A stretch of DNA of 64,000 bases, taken from Amphiscolops sp. MND2022. Taxonomy: Eukaryota. Location of the stretch: assembly GCA_964187785.1 (NCBI GenBank), contig OZ076409.1:35404001-35468000 (forward strand). Reading direction: 5' to 3'. Of the stretch, positions 37,808-49,354 are shown in pieces (positions within the stretch are counted from its first letter, which is position 1; every line of letters begins with the position of its first letter). Both the position numbers and the translations under genes were made by a program. The notes under the pieces were generated by a model. That model was not told where the DNA came from and made no database searches. It was given only the letters and a program-made list of their open reading frames with translations.

Positions 37808-39019
37808 ATGTCGAATATCACCGCAGTCAAAAACTTCAATTGGAAAATGCTGGGTGCAGTTGATGCATCCCTTACCAGTGAAGTTATAGATTCTTGTGGA
37901 ATTAGAACCCACAAAATTCAAACAGAGTTTACAGCTAACGAGGATTCAGTGATTGTGGAATCCTACCTGAGGACGCAATATTTAACAGCAAAAAACACGT
38001 TGTCGTTTAAACCAGTGAATTACTTGACCTCGGAAAACTACACCCCAATGGGCGTTTTTGCGAAAAAACCGTTTCCTGAAGGTAGTAAAATTGATGGCCT
38101 AACAGCTTTTTTTATCGAAGATGCCGGAGGAAGAAGTCAAGGAAGGTGAGAATGATTTTTCACTGATAGAGAGTGGGCTGTTGGGACGACAGTGGCTGAT
38201 GCTTGGACCGCTAGCATTTGTAAATGCTTCTTGTAAGCCAAACATAGAGTATAAGCATGAAGGTAATCGATGGTGGGAACAACCCAAACTTCAAATCTTT
38301 TCATTTTTCGGAAATACTGATTAAGAAAACAATCTGAAACAGGGTTGTTGTGTTTTTTAACATTTGTTTTTCAACACCTGTTTTTAACATAATATTTAAC
38401 GTTTTTCAACCATGATTTTTCAACATATTTTCAACACCCTTAATGAATCATTTGTATTTCAGAGAAGAAAAAGCAAATTTGACAATGGAACGTTTATCAG
38501 CTCGAATTGAAATGGTGTTTTCCACCATTGGCTTTGCGTACCTTGATGAAAGAAACAGATTTGGGCTGCAAAAATGGCTATTGTCCTTCGCCCCTTGTGT
38601 TGTGATGTTGTTTTATTTCAACGACGTTCTTAACTTTCTCTCAATTTTTAAGTGTTTTTAACTTTATTTAACGTTTTTAACGCTTTTGAACGTCAAAATG
38701 TTTTTAACGTGTAAAAAATACAACCCTGATCTGAAATCTGAAATACAATTTTCAAAAAAAAAAACAATTTCCAATTTCAATTTTCACTTTCACAAATAAT
38801 TGTTTCCCTCCTTTGAAGGTAATATCATGCTTTGTAATGTCATCGAAGACATCCGAGAAGGAGCCGAAATTGTAGTCTATTATCATAAACATTACTTTGG
38901 CGACTTCAATGTTAATTGCTTGTGCCCCTTCAAGTCTAAGCATCGTGAATATTTCACCGACATTTAACCAAGGACGAGAATAGCAAAAAAAACGCAAAAC
39001 TCATGAAATACTCATCTTC
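37808..39019 (+). pseudogene. SUV4-20/KMT5-like SET domain 1 (two exons, disrupted)
   Basis: Exons 37808-38262 and 38819-39019. Motifs D..LTSEVID..GIRTHK, GENDFS, LMLGPLAFVNASCKPN, DIREGAEIVVYY..YFGDFNVNCLC parallel SUV4-20 (DD.ATSLVLD..LGFQTHK, GENDFS, LWLGPAAFINHDCRPN, DIEPGEEISCYYG..FFG.NN..CEC). +1 frameshift in T7 at 38107-13; stops at 38965 and 39004. Confidence 0.85.
38340..38728. mobile_element. hAT MITE in the SET intron
   Basis: TIR cagggttg; perfect 8-bp TSD atctgaaa (38332-39, 38729-36). Confidence 0.9.
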
Positions 39020-39276
39020 GTATGTCAAAGATTAAAAACTTCATCTGAAGATTTCAACCACTTTTTGCCCATTACCTTGGCAATTTTCAAATGCTCAGTT
39101 TATTTTTATTAGTATTCGTATGCTGAATATACTGAAGAAGAAAATATCATACCAATACCGAACAAAAATTGAATTTGTTCACAACAGGTCCGCTCAAATT
39201 TAAACTTTGGTCATTTTTTACTTGAAACTCACATGAAAGTTTATATCTATAGTTATAGCGTCTTCTTCCATTTCAG

Positions 39277-40415
39277 ATATGTCTGGCAACATCGTCATTC
39301 CTTGGCGAAAACTGAGAACGATAGATAGCTCTATTTGGAAGCAGACTGTCGTTGACAACATAGATTTCACAACAGAGATGTCAACGAGTACGAGTGAGTA
39401 GATATCTAGTGATAAACATATATAAACATATAAACATTATCGGAGACTCAAATTCGAAAATTGTTTTTGAAAAAAGGGAAAAACGAGACATGAAGTAATC
39501 AAATGAACATCATTCAAACGACTGCGAAGCTTTTGATTATTATTGATAAGTATTACTCAAGTTCTCGTTGTATTTTCAAGAAAAATATCGAAATTTCAAC
39601 GAAAATAGAAAAAAAGATATGAGTTATTGAAATGCAGTTTGTCTTGAAACATTTTTTCAGGTACATCTGGCGACGATGATTTGTTGAGAAAGTTTCTCTC
39701 ATCAGAGTATGGTATTTTCCGAGAATTATTTCAACATAAGCAATGCAGTGGAGTCATCACCAGACAGCCGTTAGAAAAAATGTGATGCTATCAGGATTGA
39801 TAGGCGTTGTTGCCTCGATATCTACTGAAGAATTTCTGGAACAACAACAAAAGGACTTCATGGTCTACAGAAAAAGAGAAGAAGAGGAGTTGTTTCTGCT
39901 TTGTGGGCCTTTGTCATTGGTTAGAAACTCATGTACACCCAATGTTGACATTATAAAGTCTGGAAATGTTTTGTCCTGCCAACCTACCAGACATATTAGC
40001 GCTGGTGAAGAAATTTCGTCAGGATTTGATGTTTTTCATTCAAAAGAGTACAGTTTCAGCGGAAAAGAAAATTTAGATACAGTAAGTCTTTTGTCACAAC
40101 AGACTTTAATGGGCTCTCCAGTTCCAGTGAAACGACCGTATTTTCTCTCATCGAATCCTTTACATCGTGTTCGTGATCCTTTACATCGCTTCTCAAACAA
40201 CGTATCTCGAGTTGAAGAACAAACACCGGAAGACGATACAGACGAAGAAGAACTTCTGAACTATGATGACGTTTTTGGTGATTATGGCAACCGAAGTGAT
40301 GAGCGTTTAATCAGTATCGAGGACAGCAACAGTATTGCCCAAAACAACAGCGAGACCCAAGACGATACAGCAGAAAATCAACCAGATAATTTCATTCTGG
40401 AAGAAGACATACGAA
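39277..40415 (+). pseudogene. Second, more diverged SUV4-20-like SET domain plus acidic linker (two exons)
   Basis: Exons 39277-39393 and 39661-40415. Motifs: WRKLRTID..., KDFMVY..LFLLCGPLSLVRNSCTPN..TRHISAGEEI. -1 frameshift in A6 at 39775-80. Confidence 0.75.
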
Positions 40416-40793
40416 GTAAGTTTATTTACTTTGCTATAGCCTTTTTGACAACCCGTTTGTCGGAATACTATTGTCTGATTTTCAAATTACCTGGTAACTA
40501 CATGTACAGCGAATTAAAAAAAACATCAATTTCCAAATAACATTCTGTTCATATTTTGCCATGAAAGTTACATTGAGGAAACTTGCAATTTTTTTTTCAA
40601 AATTTCAATAAACCAAACTTTTCAGCGAAAATATTAGTTTTTAAAGAAAAAATTAAAGGTTTTTGTTCTAACTTTGTGATTCGCATTTTCGGGACGTAGC
40701 ATTAGGATTATATCAACACAGTGGATGTTAACAAAAACTTTAAAATTACGATTTAAAAATCATACTTATATTTGGAATTCTTCATTTTTTGAG

Positions 40794-42758
40794 GAAACGA
40801 TCAAGCATCAGACTCAACTGGAGATCCTGGCAAGCTGCCCGGCGAACCACCTGGCGAAATACCTGGCGAACTACCAATTGTTCATGGATCAGCACATTCA
40901 GTTTCTTCTTTCATGAGAAACCTCCAATCCTTCCATAATAGACATAAAACTTCCAAAGTTGCTCAGAAAGAATTGTTACGCCTAATCAACAATTTTTTTG
41001 GTCCTCTCCAGATCTCATCAGAATGTTACTTGGAGGAAAAACCTTGTCTCACTGTTTTCGACTTCGCAGATTGCAAGTTAATCTGTGTAGACGCTGTAAA
41101 ACAACTCCAGTTTTTGATAAACAGAAGTTTTCGTCATATTGAGAAATCTTGGCATGCTGATTGCGATTTCCAAATACCACATTACCCGATGAAAAAAGGT
41201 GAGATTCAGCTAAATCTAAATTTGGATGGAGTGTCTATTTTCAAGTCTCGGAAATTCAGCATTTGGCCTTTCTGGTTACAAGTTGTTAATTTGCCTCCAA
41301 AACTGCGGTCATCTTTCAAAAACAACCTTTTGTTAGGATTGTGGTAAGGGATCTCAAAACCTGATTGGGAAACGACTTTACCAAAAATTAGCTTTGAGAT
41401 GGAATCTTTGGAGAAACCGAGTTTCAACGAACATATCGGAACATTCAAATGTAAATTTTGTCTACTAATCTGCGACATGCCTGCAAAAGCTGCTGCTTTG
41501 AACATGAATCAATTTAATGGTTTTAATGGGTGCACCCATTGTTTGATGATTGGGAAAAGAGAAGATCATCGCACGTTATACCCTTGTACGGATAACGCTC
41601 CCTTAAGAGATGAAAAAAGTTTTTCGCAAAATGCTAAGAAAGCCGAGGAAACCAAAAAAGTTGTCGCTGGCATCAAAGGGCAGTCCTTTCTCAAGTCACA
41701 CTTCGCTTTTCCCTGGGATGCTCCAGTTGACCCGATGCATCAGATTTATCTAGGCACAGGAAAATCTCTGACAAAGCTTTTCGTATCGAGCTTGAAAAAA
41801 TTTGAATTATCAACATTGAATACATTTTTGCAAATTTTAAGAATACCCAATGAGTTCCTCCGTCGTCCAAAGAAAGTTGAAGAGATTTCATATTGGAAAG
41901 CTGGTGACTTCAAACTTATGTTTTTACACATAATTCCGCTGATCATTGGCCAATTCAAAAGTCTTGCTGATGAAAAGAAGAAAAAGTATCAAAAGCTTTC
42001 TTTAGCTGTTCGGTTATTGTCCCTGAAGCAGGTTCGTGAGGAACATGTGAAGGAAGCTTCTTCTCTGATTCAATCCTTTTTTTTCCAACTTCACGGAGAT
42101 TTACGGAACAAATATGCAATCGTATAACTTTCATTCAATGCGACATTTGTGTGATCAAGTTCGACGAGTGGGACCTCTTTGGAACACATCAGCTTTTTCT
42201 TACGAATCAGCCAATCATTTTCTTGTCAAAAATGTGGCGGGTACTGTAAAATCACCAGAAGCTATCGTCGAGGCTTTTTTGAAATCTAAAGAAGTGTTCA
42301 TTTGTGATGATACCGAACCAGATTTTGAAACTTTGAAAAAGTTTTCGAAAGTTTCTACTGATTGTCACAACTTCTGCAAAATATTCCCAGGTCCACAAGA
42401 CTTTTTTGGTCGCTTCCGTACTCCTGACGGAGTAATTCTATCCTCTTTGTCCTACTCAAGGCTGAACGACAATGTGTCAAACTGCGTTATTCAAACAAGA
42501 AGTGGGATTTTTGTACAAGTGGAATGTTATCTTTCCATTGAATCTACTTTGTTTGCAATTGTCCGTACATTTCGGAATGTCAAAACCTTTGACGAGTTAC
42601 CACGCAGTTTGCAAACTAATTTTTTGTATCGTTTAGAAGATCTAGGGCCACTAGAGAGAATTAATACGGATCAATTGGCGTATAAATGTGTTCTGATTGA
42701 GTTGCAAAGTGGGACATTTCTTGCCAGTGTTGTTAAAGAAGGATTCGAACATAATTGA
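40794..42758 (+). mobile_element. CMC/EnSpm (CACTA-type) DDE transposase, disrupted
   Basis: Motifs LNLNLDGV.IFKS..SIWP....VNLPP, CDMPAKA...QFNGFNGCTHC, VDPMHQIYLG, WKAGDF, SYNFH..RHL....GPLW..SAF.YES. Premature TAA at 41345-47; +1 frameshift in T8 at 42077-84. Confidence 0.9.
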
Positions 42759-43242
42759 ACTTTGAAACAAGAGTAATTATTTTTCGAGAAGAGTACTTAG
42801 ACGTCTATTGTTGTTCACAAATGAAGTTAAAACTTTTTTAATGGACAAACCATTTTCAGAATCATTTGATGATCATTAACACGAAGGATGAAAACTTCGA
42901 CACTCTTTCGTAAGTTGAATTCGATTGATCTGACAATTGCAATCTAAAATAGTTTTGTTTTCGTTTTTCTACTGATAAAATCCTGTTTTTATTTTAGCAC
43001 TTACTCTCAGGTATTGATCCGGATCAGGCCCGCCTATACATCAGTCGGAGTCGCAATTTCTAACAAAAAATGCAGAACCTCTCGCGGTAAGTTTGACCAA
43101 AAATTGAGACACAAGACTTTCATAATCCCTCTCATTTTTATTTGAAATCTAGACATCTTTTCATCATTTTCCATAGAAAACGATATAATCATTATAAAAG
43201 GATCATATTATAAAATGTTCATTATAAAATGATGATAAAATC

Positions 43243-43644
43243 GGCTCTTTTTCCTTTTCCTCCCCACACTTTTCAAAGAAAACAAACTCAACATAAAGGA
43301 TTATATTTGACTATATCATTCAATATTTCTTCGAATAAAACTTTTCCTTTGTTTTGTTGTGTCCACACTATTAGAGTAGGTTTCCGCTTGAACAAAACAT
43401 TGTTCACACAATTTGACTAATTATGTTCGTATTGAGTGATGACTCAAAACAGGAAGCTGTTGATTTGTTCATCAAAAATGCGTAACTACTTAGGGAAAAA
43501 GTGTGAACAAAGTTTGTATCTGAATCCTACACTATCCCCCTGAGACTAAATTTAAAACAACTGTTTCATTGGAAACGTAATTGAGATATATTTAATTGCA
43601 AAAACATCATCTTGAAAAGTGTGGGGGGGGAAAGGAAAAGTTCC
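43243..43644. mobile_element. Diverged Merlin-like MITE
   Basis: Imperfect GG...CC TIRs; TSD ataaaatc/ataaactc; shares gactcaaaacaggaagctgttgatt core with neighbouring MITEs. Confidence 0.7.
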
Positions 43645-43702
43645 ATAAACTCAATATATAAAATGATATTCCGCAAGATGACTGATTTGGAAAGCAAATT
43701 TC

Positions 43703-44114
43703 GGCTCTTTTCTGTTTCCCCCCCCCACCACCAAAATTTTTGAAAATATCTTTCCTTAAAAACTTTATACTAGCCTAATTAAAAGCAAAACATTCTTTCA
43801 TAACAGGAAGATAACTTCTATTAGAGTAGTTTTCCGCTTGAACAAAACATTGTCCACGCTTTTTGACTATAATTATGTTCGGATTAAGTGTTTATTGATG
43901 ACTCAAAACAGGAAGCTGTTGATTCTTCATCAAAAATGCGTAACTACAAATTGAAAAAAGTGTGAACAAAGTTTGTATCTGAATCCTAAACTATCACCCT
44001 GAGAATAAATTTGAAACTGAAGCTTTCTGGTTTGTTTTCAAGTCTATGTGTTATAAGATTTTCAATAATTTTCCAAAAAAAATTTGGTGGTGGGAGGGAA
44101 AGCAGAAAAGAGCC
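43703..44114. mobile_element. MITE with GGCTCTTTTCTG TIR and 8-bp TSD (Merlin-like)
   Basis: TSD caaatttc at 43695-702 and 44115-122. Confidence 0.9.
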
Positions 44115-44329
44115 CAAATTTCTGAAATTTCAGACAACGTGTACACTACGTGAGCGACCTCAATTAGGCGAAGCCGAGACAAGAAACGAGACAACTACTA
44201 CTCGCATCCATTACTGACGTCACTGACGAGTCCGCGCGACAGAAGGCAATTACAGCGTAATGTAATGTAATGTATATACTGGTGACGTCGATTATAACAG
44301 TGACGTCACAGAGCAACTTGAAGAAACAA

Positions 44330-45620
44330 ATTAATCCACGTGTCTCTGTTTTGTCCAAAAAGCGTCAAAGAAATGAAAACATTCCAAATGCGGATGAAAA
44401 AAAAACAGTAAAAACGATTGAAAATCAACGTGTCTCGGATTTGTCCACAAAGCGTCACAGGAGTGAAAACATTCCAAATGCGGATGAAAAAAAAGTAAGG
44501 CTCTTTTCTGTTTCCCCCCCCCCCCCCACCACCAAATTTTTTTTTGAAAATTAGTGAAAATCTTATAACAAATAGACTTGGATACAAACAAGAAAGCTTC
44601 AGTTTTAAATTTATTCTAAGGGTGATAGTTTAGGATTCAGATACAAACTTTATTCACACTTTTTCCCTATGTAGTTACGCATTTTCGATGAAGAAATCAA
44701 CAGCTTCCTGTTTTGAGTCATCAATAAACACTTGATACGAACATAATCATAGTGAAAATGTGTGAACAATGTTTTGTTCAAGCGGGAAACTACTCTAATA
44801 AAATTTAACTTCCTGTTATGAAAGAAGGTTTTACTTTTAACAAGGTTAGCCTAATGTTTTTAAGCTATTTTCAAAAAATTTGGTGGTGGGGGGGGGGAAA
44901 CAGAAAGGAGCCAAAAGTAAAAACGATTGAAAATCAACGTATCTCGGATTTGTCCAAAAAGCGTCACGGGAATGAAAACATTCCGAATGCGGATGAAAAA
45001 AAAGTAAAAACGATTGAAAATCAACGTGTCTCGGATTTGTCCACAAAGCGTCACAGGAGTGAAAACATTCCGAATGCGAATGAAAAAAAAAGTAAAAACG
45101 ATTGAAAATCAACGTGTCTCGGATTTGTCCACTAAGCGTCACAGGAATGAAAACATTCCAAATGCGGATGAAAAAAAAAGTAGAAACGATTGAAAATCAA
45201 CGTGTCTCGGATTTGTCCAAAAAGCGTCACAGGAATGAAAACATTCCAAATGCGGAAGAAAATAAAAGTGAAAACTAATGAAAATCAACGTGTCTCGGAT
45301 TTGTCTGAAACGCGTCACAGGAATGAAAACATTCCAAATGCGGATGAAAATAAAAGTAGAAACTAATGAAATCAACGCGTCTCGGCTTTGTCCAAAAAGC
45401 GTCACAGGAGTGAAAACATTCCGAATGCGAATGAAAAAAAGTAAAAACGATTGAAAATCAACGTGTCTCGGATTTGTCCAAAAAGCGTCACAGGAATGAA
45501 AACATTCCAAATGCGGATGAAAAAAAAAGTAAAAACGATTGAAAATCAACGTGTCTCGGATTTGTCCAAAAAGCGTCACAGGAATGAAAAAACATTCCAA
45601 ATGCGGATGAAAATAAAACT
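44330..45620 (+). repeat. 88-bp satellite array, interrupted by a MITE
   Basis: About ten units of the caacgtgtctcggatttgtcc family. Confidence 0.95.
44499..44912. mobile_element. MITE (Merlin-like), inverted relative to 43703-44114, inserted in satellite
   Basis: TSD aaaagtaa at 44491-98 and 44913-20. Confidence 0.9.
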
Positions 45621-46247
45621 CAAAACCAGAGAAATTTCTCTGATTTTTACTTTCATTTAGAATTTTAATAGTAATTTTATTTACTTTTTCATTAACGAAT
45701 TCTTACTTTTCTTCATTAACAATTGTTACTTTTTTCCGATATTCCAAGCACGGTAATAACTCCTTCGATGAGAGAATTATTTGCATCCCTTGAACACGAA
45801 CAATAGTCAATTTCCGTTTCTTCAAAGAGTACAACTACTAGGAAGAATTCAAATACTAAATTGTTAACTCAGGACTCATGCAGTAATTACAGGCATAACA
45901 AACATATGTAAGATGTGAGGACAGAAAAACAAATGTAAATATAAATGCTAGCAATTTTATAAATACAATTTTTGATAGCAAGTTTGTGTTTTCGGTTCTT
46001 TGTTTATGTTCAAGTCGAGCCAATCGGGTGAAGAAACTCAAAGAGACCCTAACTGAGCCAAACACATTATACATTGAAGGTAAGTGCAGAAGTTAACCGA
46101 AAACACCCGAGATGCATTCATGCCTTTCAAAATGTTGACAAATCCACTGAGTCTTTTTTAGGATTGTTGAAGACATGTCTGCAGGCGAATTTCAGTCGAG
46201 GCAACTCAGCTTGAACAACTAAAACAAGTAAAACAATACCAACTAGA

Positions 46248-46351
46248 ATGAACCTCAAAACGGCTGCAAAATGAATAACGTAAAAAACACGTTCAACTGC
46301 AGTTGAACGTGTTTTTTGCGTTACTCATTTTGCAGCCGTTGTTAGGTTCAT
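46248..46351. repeat. ~100-bp near-perfect palindrome centred on CTGCAG
   Basis: aacggctgcaaaatga...cacgttcaactg|cagttgaacgtg...tcattttgcagccgtt. Confidence 0.92.
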
Positions 46352-47607
46352 GATTACATTCAACTAATTTTTTGTTCAGTCGCGCTGTCCAGAATTCCTT
46401 TCAGCCAATCATGTTTTGCATCATGTTATCACCATACTACAAAGTGTCATCTTAAGTTTGCTATAGATACGTCTCGACTCGAGGTCAATTTAAGCTGACA
46501 TAGAGACAACAAGGAACATGGAACTTAGTAAGTTCACTTTTGCTCCTTTTCGGTAGCCTTCGATTGTTTCGTAGTTCATTCCTGAAGCGAATTTCAGCAC
46601 AAGTAACAATATTCTCAAAATTGGGAAAAACATCTAAAAAATGGGAATAATGTCTAAATATTGAGACGTTACTGCTGAAAATTGAATGATATTTAGACGT
46701 CTAGATTTGGATCTTTTCTGTCAATCCCCCCACAGTAAGCGCGAAAAATTTTAATTCCCCAACACTCCCCGGTAAAATTGTTCCTTTAGACGTATTTCCT
46801 CATAAAATTTGATAGACTTTTTAAATTTAAACTTCTATAGAGGTTATTATAATAACGTTGAGGAATTAAATTTTCCCCGCTTACTGTGGGTGGTGGGGGG
46901 AGGCTAATAAATAGACAAGATTTGTGATCACCATGTTTCATAGTATGAGGAACGTTGAATTCTAGATTGAAAGTCGAACGTTTCTTTCTCTCCAATGTGA
47001 TCTCTCTCTGACACGGGCGGACTGGAACAAAACATTTGTAAAAGAAGTACCACTGCAAGAGAAGCCTTTCGTATTTTCGAGTTAGTGAAACATTTCTTAA
47101 TTCCGTGACGCCCCCCACCGCGGCTAGTTAGTACTTATAAGCAAATGCCGTATGGGAGAAATATCAAATGTTTGCATATGAAATATTGCAACTACAGCAT
47201 ACTTTTGCAAACTTTGACCTGCTAATTTGTATTAAGAGGAAATTATTCAAATCAACGCAAAGGACATGTCAACATGATAGTATTGGAACCTTGTGTACCA
47301 TATCATTGGCAAATTAGCATGTTTTTTTTCTATTATATCCCTTTCGGGCAAAATTGGGACTTTCAAAACAGTTTACCAATTTTCAATTATTCAATTCAAT
47401 AAGAAAAAATAATCAATATATTAAACGAAAACAAAGTTGAGATCTTATTATATTACAACTAATTCATTCGTTGTTCCTCACTATTTTGAAAATTAACTAT
47501 GTGTCTTATCCCCCAATAAACTATAATGTGACCAAAGTTTTTGAAATATGATATGTTTATTCTAGAACACTCGGTTTTGGGAGCTGCACATTTGCCACAG
47601 TTGTGAT

Positions 47608-48362
47608 CTAGGACAGTCGCTTGAGAGCCGTGCCCTAACTTGCGAGGATCTTGATGAAGGAGCTACTCAAATGTACATGTACCGTGAGATGAAACATACG
47701 TCAGTGCATCCAGAAAATGTACAGTTGTAAACAATTTCTGCTACTGCTAAATAAAAGGTGCAGCCCTCAAGGTAGTGTTTTTCTCATGAAGACGGAAGCA
47801 GCAGACTACCTGCAGAGTGATTTGGACGACGAGTGATTCGTCGAAGTTTGGACATTCGGTCCACTTGACAGCAACAACAAACTTGAATCACATATGTCGA
47901 ACGAACTCTTATTCTTTGAATACGTGTACATTTTTATCTTTATCTTCATCTATATTTGTTTTGCTGAAGCTGTAAAAATCTTTCATTTGGAAATTTTCAG
48001 ACTCCTTTTCCAATTTACTTTCAAGATTCAAGCATTTTCTTCCAAGTTACTCTCAAGGTTCAGGCATTTTCTTCCAAGATACTTCCAAGATCAGGCATTT
48101 TCTTCCAAGTTACTTCCAAGATCAGGCATTTTCTTCCAAGTTACTTCCAAGATCAGGCATTTTCTTCCAAGTTACTTCCAAGATCAGATATTTTCTTGCA
48201 AGATCTTGCAAGACCAGACATTTTCTTGCAAGATCTTGCAAGACCAGACATTATCTTCCAAGATCTTCCAAGATACCTGCAAGAATAATGCATTGTCTTC
48301 CAAGATCTTGGAAGTGAAATCTGACAGATTCTTGCAAGAAATGTATGGGAGTTCGACTGGGG
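47608..48362. mobile_element. Right part of a CCC-terminated element: dispersed repeat, CTT(G/C)CAAG array, terminal gtatgggagttcgactggg
   Basis: Homologous to 11505-11905; the terminus is the reverse complement of 10739-10770. Confidence 0.7.
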
Positions 48363-49354
48363 GTAATGATAAAAACAAACAAAGCATCGCGATTAAAATA
48401 TGCAAGGAAAGACCTAAAACTGAATTCATTATAAGAAAGAAAAAACTGCAGAAGAAAACTGGAGGCGTATAAATAGCAACCAAAAAGTGCATATCAGTGT
48501 AAATAAAATGAAACAGGAGAGCAGGAATATACACCAAAGTATATCTAGTTCTTTCACCAGCTGCTCACACTTGATAATTCAAGTGAGTAATTTTTCTGGC
48601 CGTAGCTCCTCACGCTTTTTTAGCATCCGAAAAAAAGAATACCTTCAAAAGTTATCTAGAAAGGAACTAATACATCAACTGTTCAAAAATATAATCTTTC
48701 TTGATCAAATCGGACTACGCCCGTATTTACGCCCATTAGAAAAGAACATACATTACGCTTCAGTAAGGTGCTCTTAAGGAAAACTAACTCGAAAGAGAAA
48801 ATTGGTGAAATTTAAGAACATTTGCTTTTAAAAAAAATTTTTTTGCAGATTTAACTCGACAGGCTTCCACAGGGAACTTTTAGAGCCTAATAATTTTAGT
48901 TGATTTCCAAAAACGTTTGCTGTTCTTCATTGTCGATATATTTTAAATGCATTGGCTCAAACAAAACAGTAAAAACTCTTTTTCAGTTGAAATACAATTT
49001 TCTACATACTCGATTGAAGTATGCATTTAAAATGTATTTTTTTAAAAAGCTGAGAACATAAAAGATAACATGACACCATTGGTAGGTATGTGGATTTGTA
49101 TGTTATGGGTGGCTTCGCTGCTTTCTTCCAGTTGGGGTACTTTTTACTCCTCTTTTTCCGCCACGATGGAAAACTGTAGTTCAATTCCAGACCTAGCAAT
49201 GACAATTCAAATAATAATTTATGTAGCTCAATATTTTGTAAAAACGGAAAGTGTTTGTAATCGATGGAAATTTCCGAAAACATGGCTTGAACTATGTTTT
49301 TAACACGCATTTTTATCATGCGCCAGTGTACTTTGTTTTTGTGGGGTCGCAAGA

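Noticed and set aside
44222..44246. Hammerhead-like ctgacga-gtc..gac-agaa
   Set aside because: An extra A breaks the GAAA core, and there are no supporting flanking stems.
44913..45620. CRISPR-like regularly spaced repeats
   Set aside because: The whole 88-bp unit repeats with no unique spacers; no cas genes; eukaryotic context.
47894..48472. 192-aa ORF
   Set aside because: Runs through the CTTCCAAG/CTTGCAAG repeat array; no domain.
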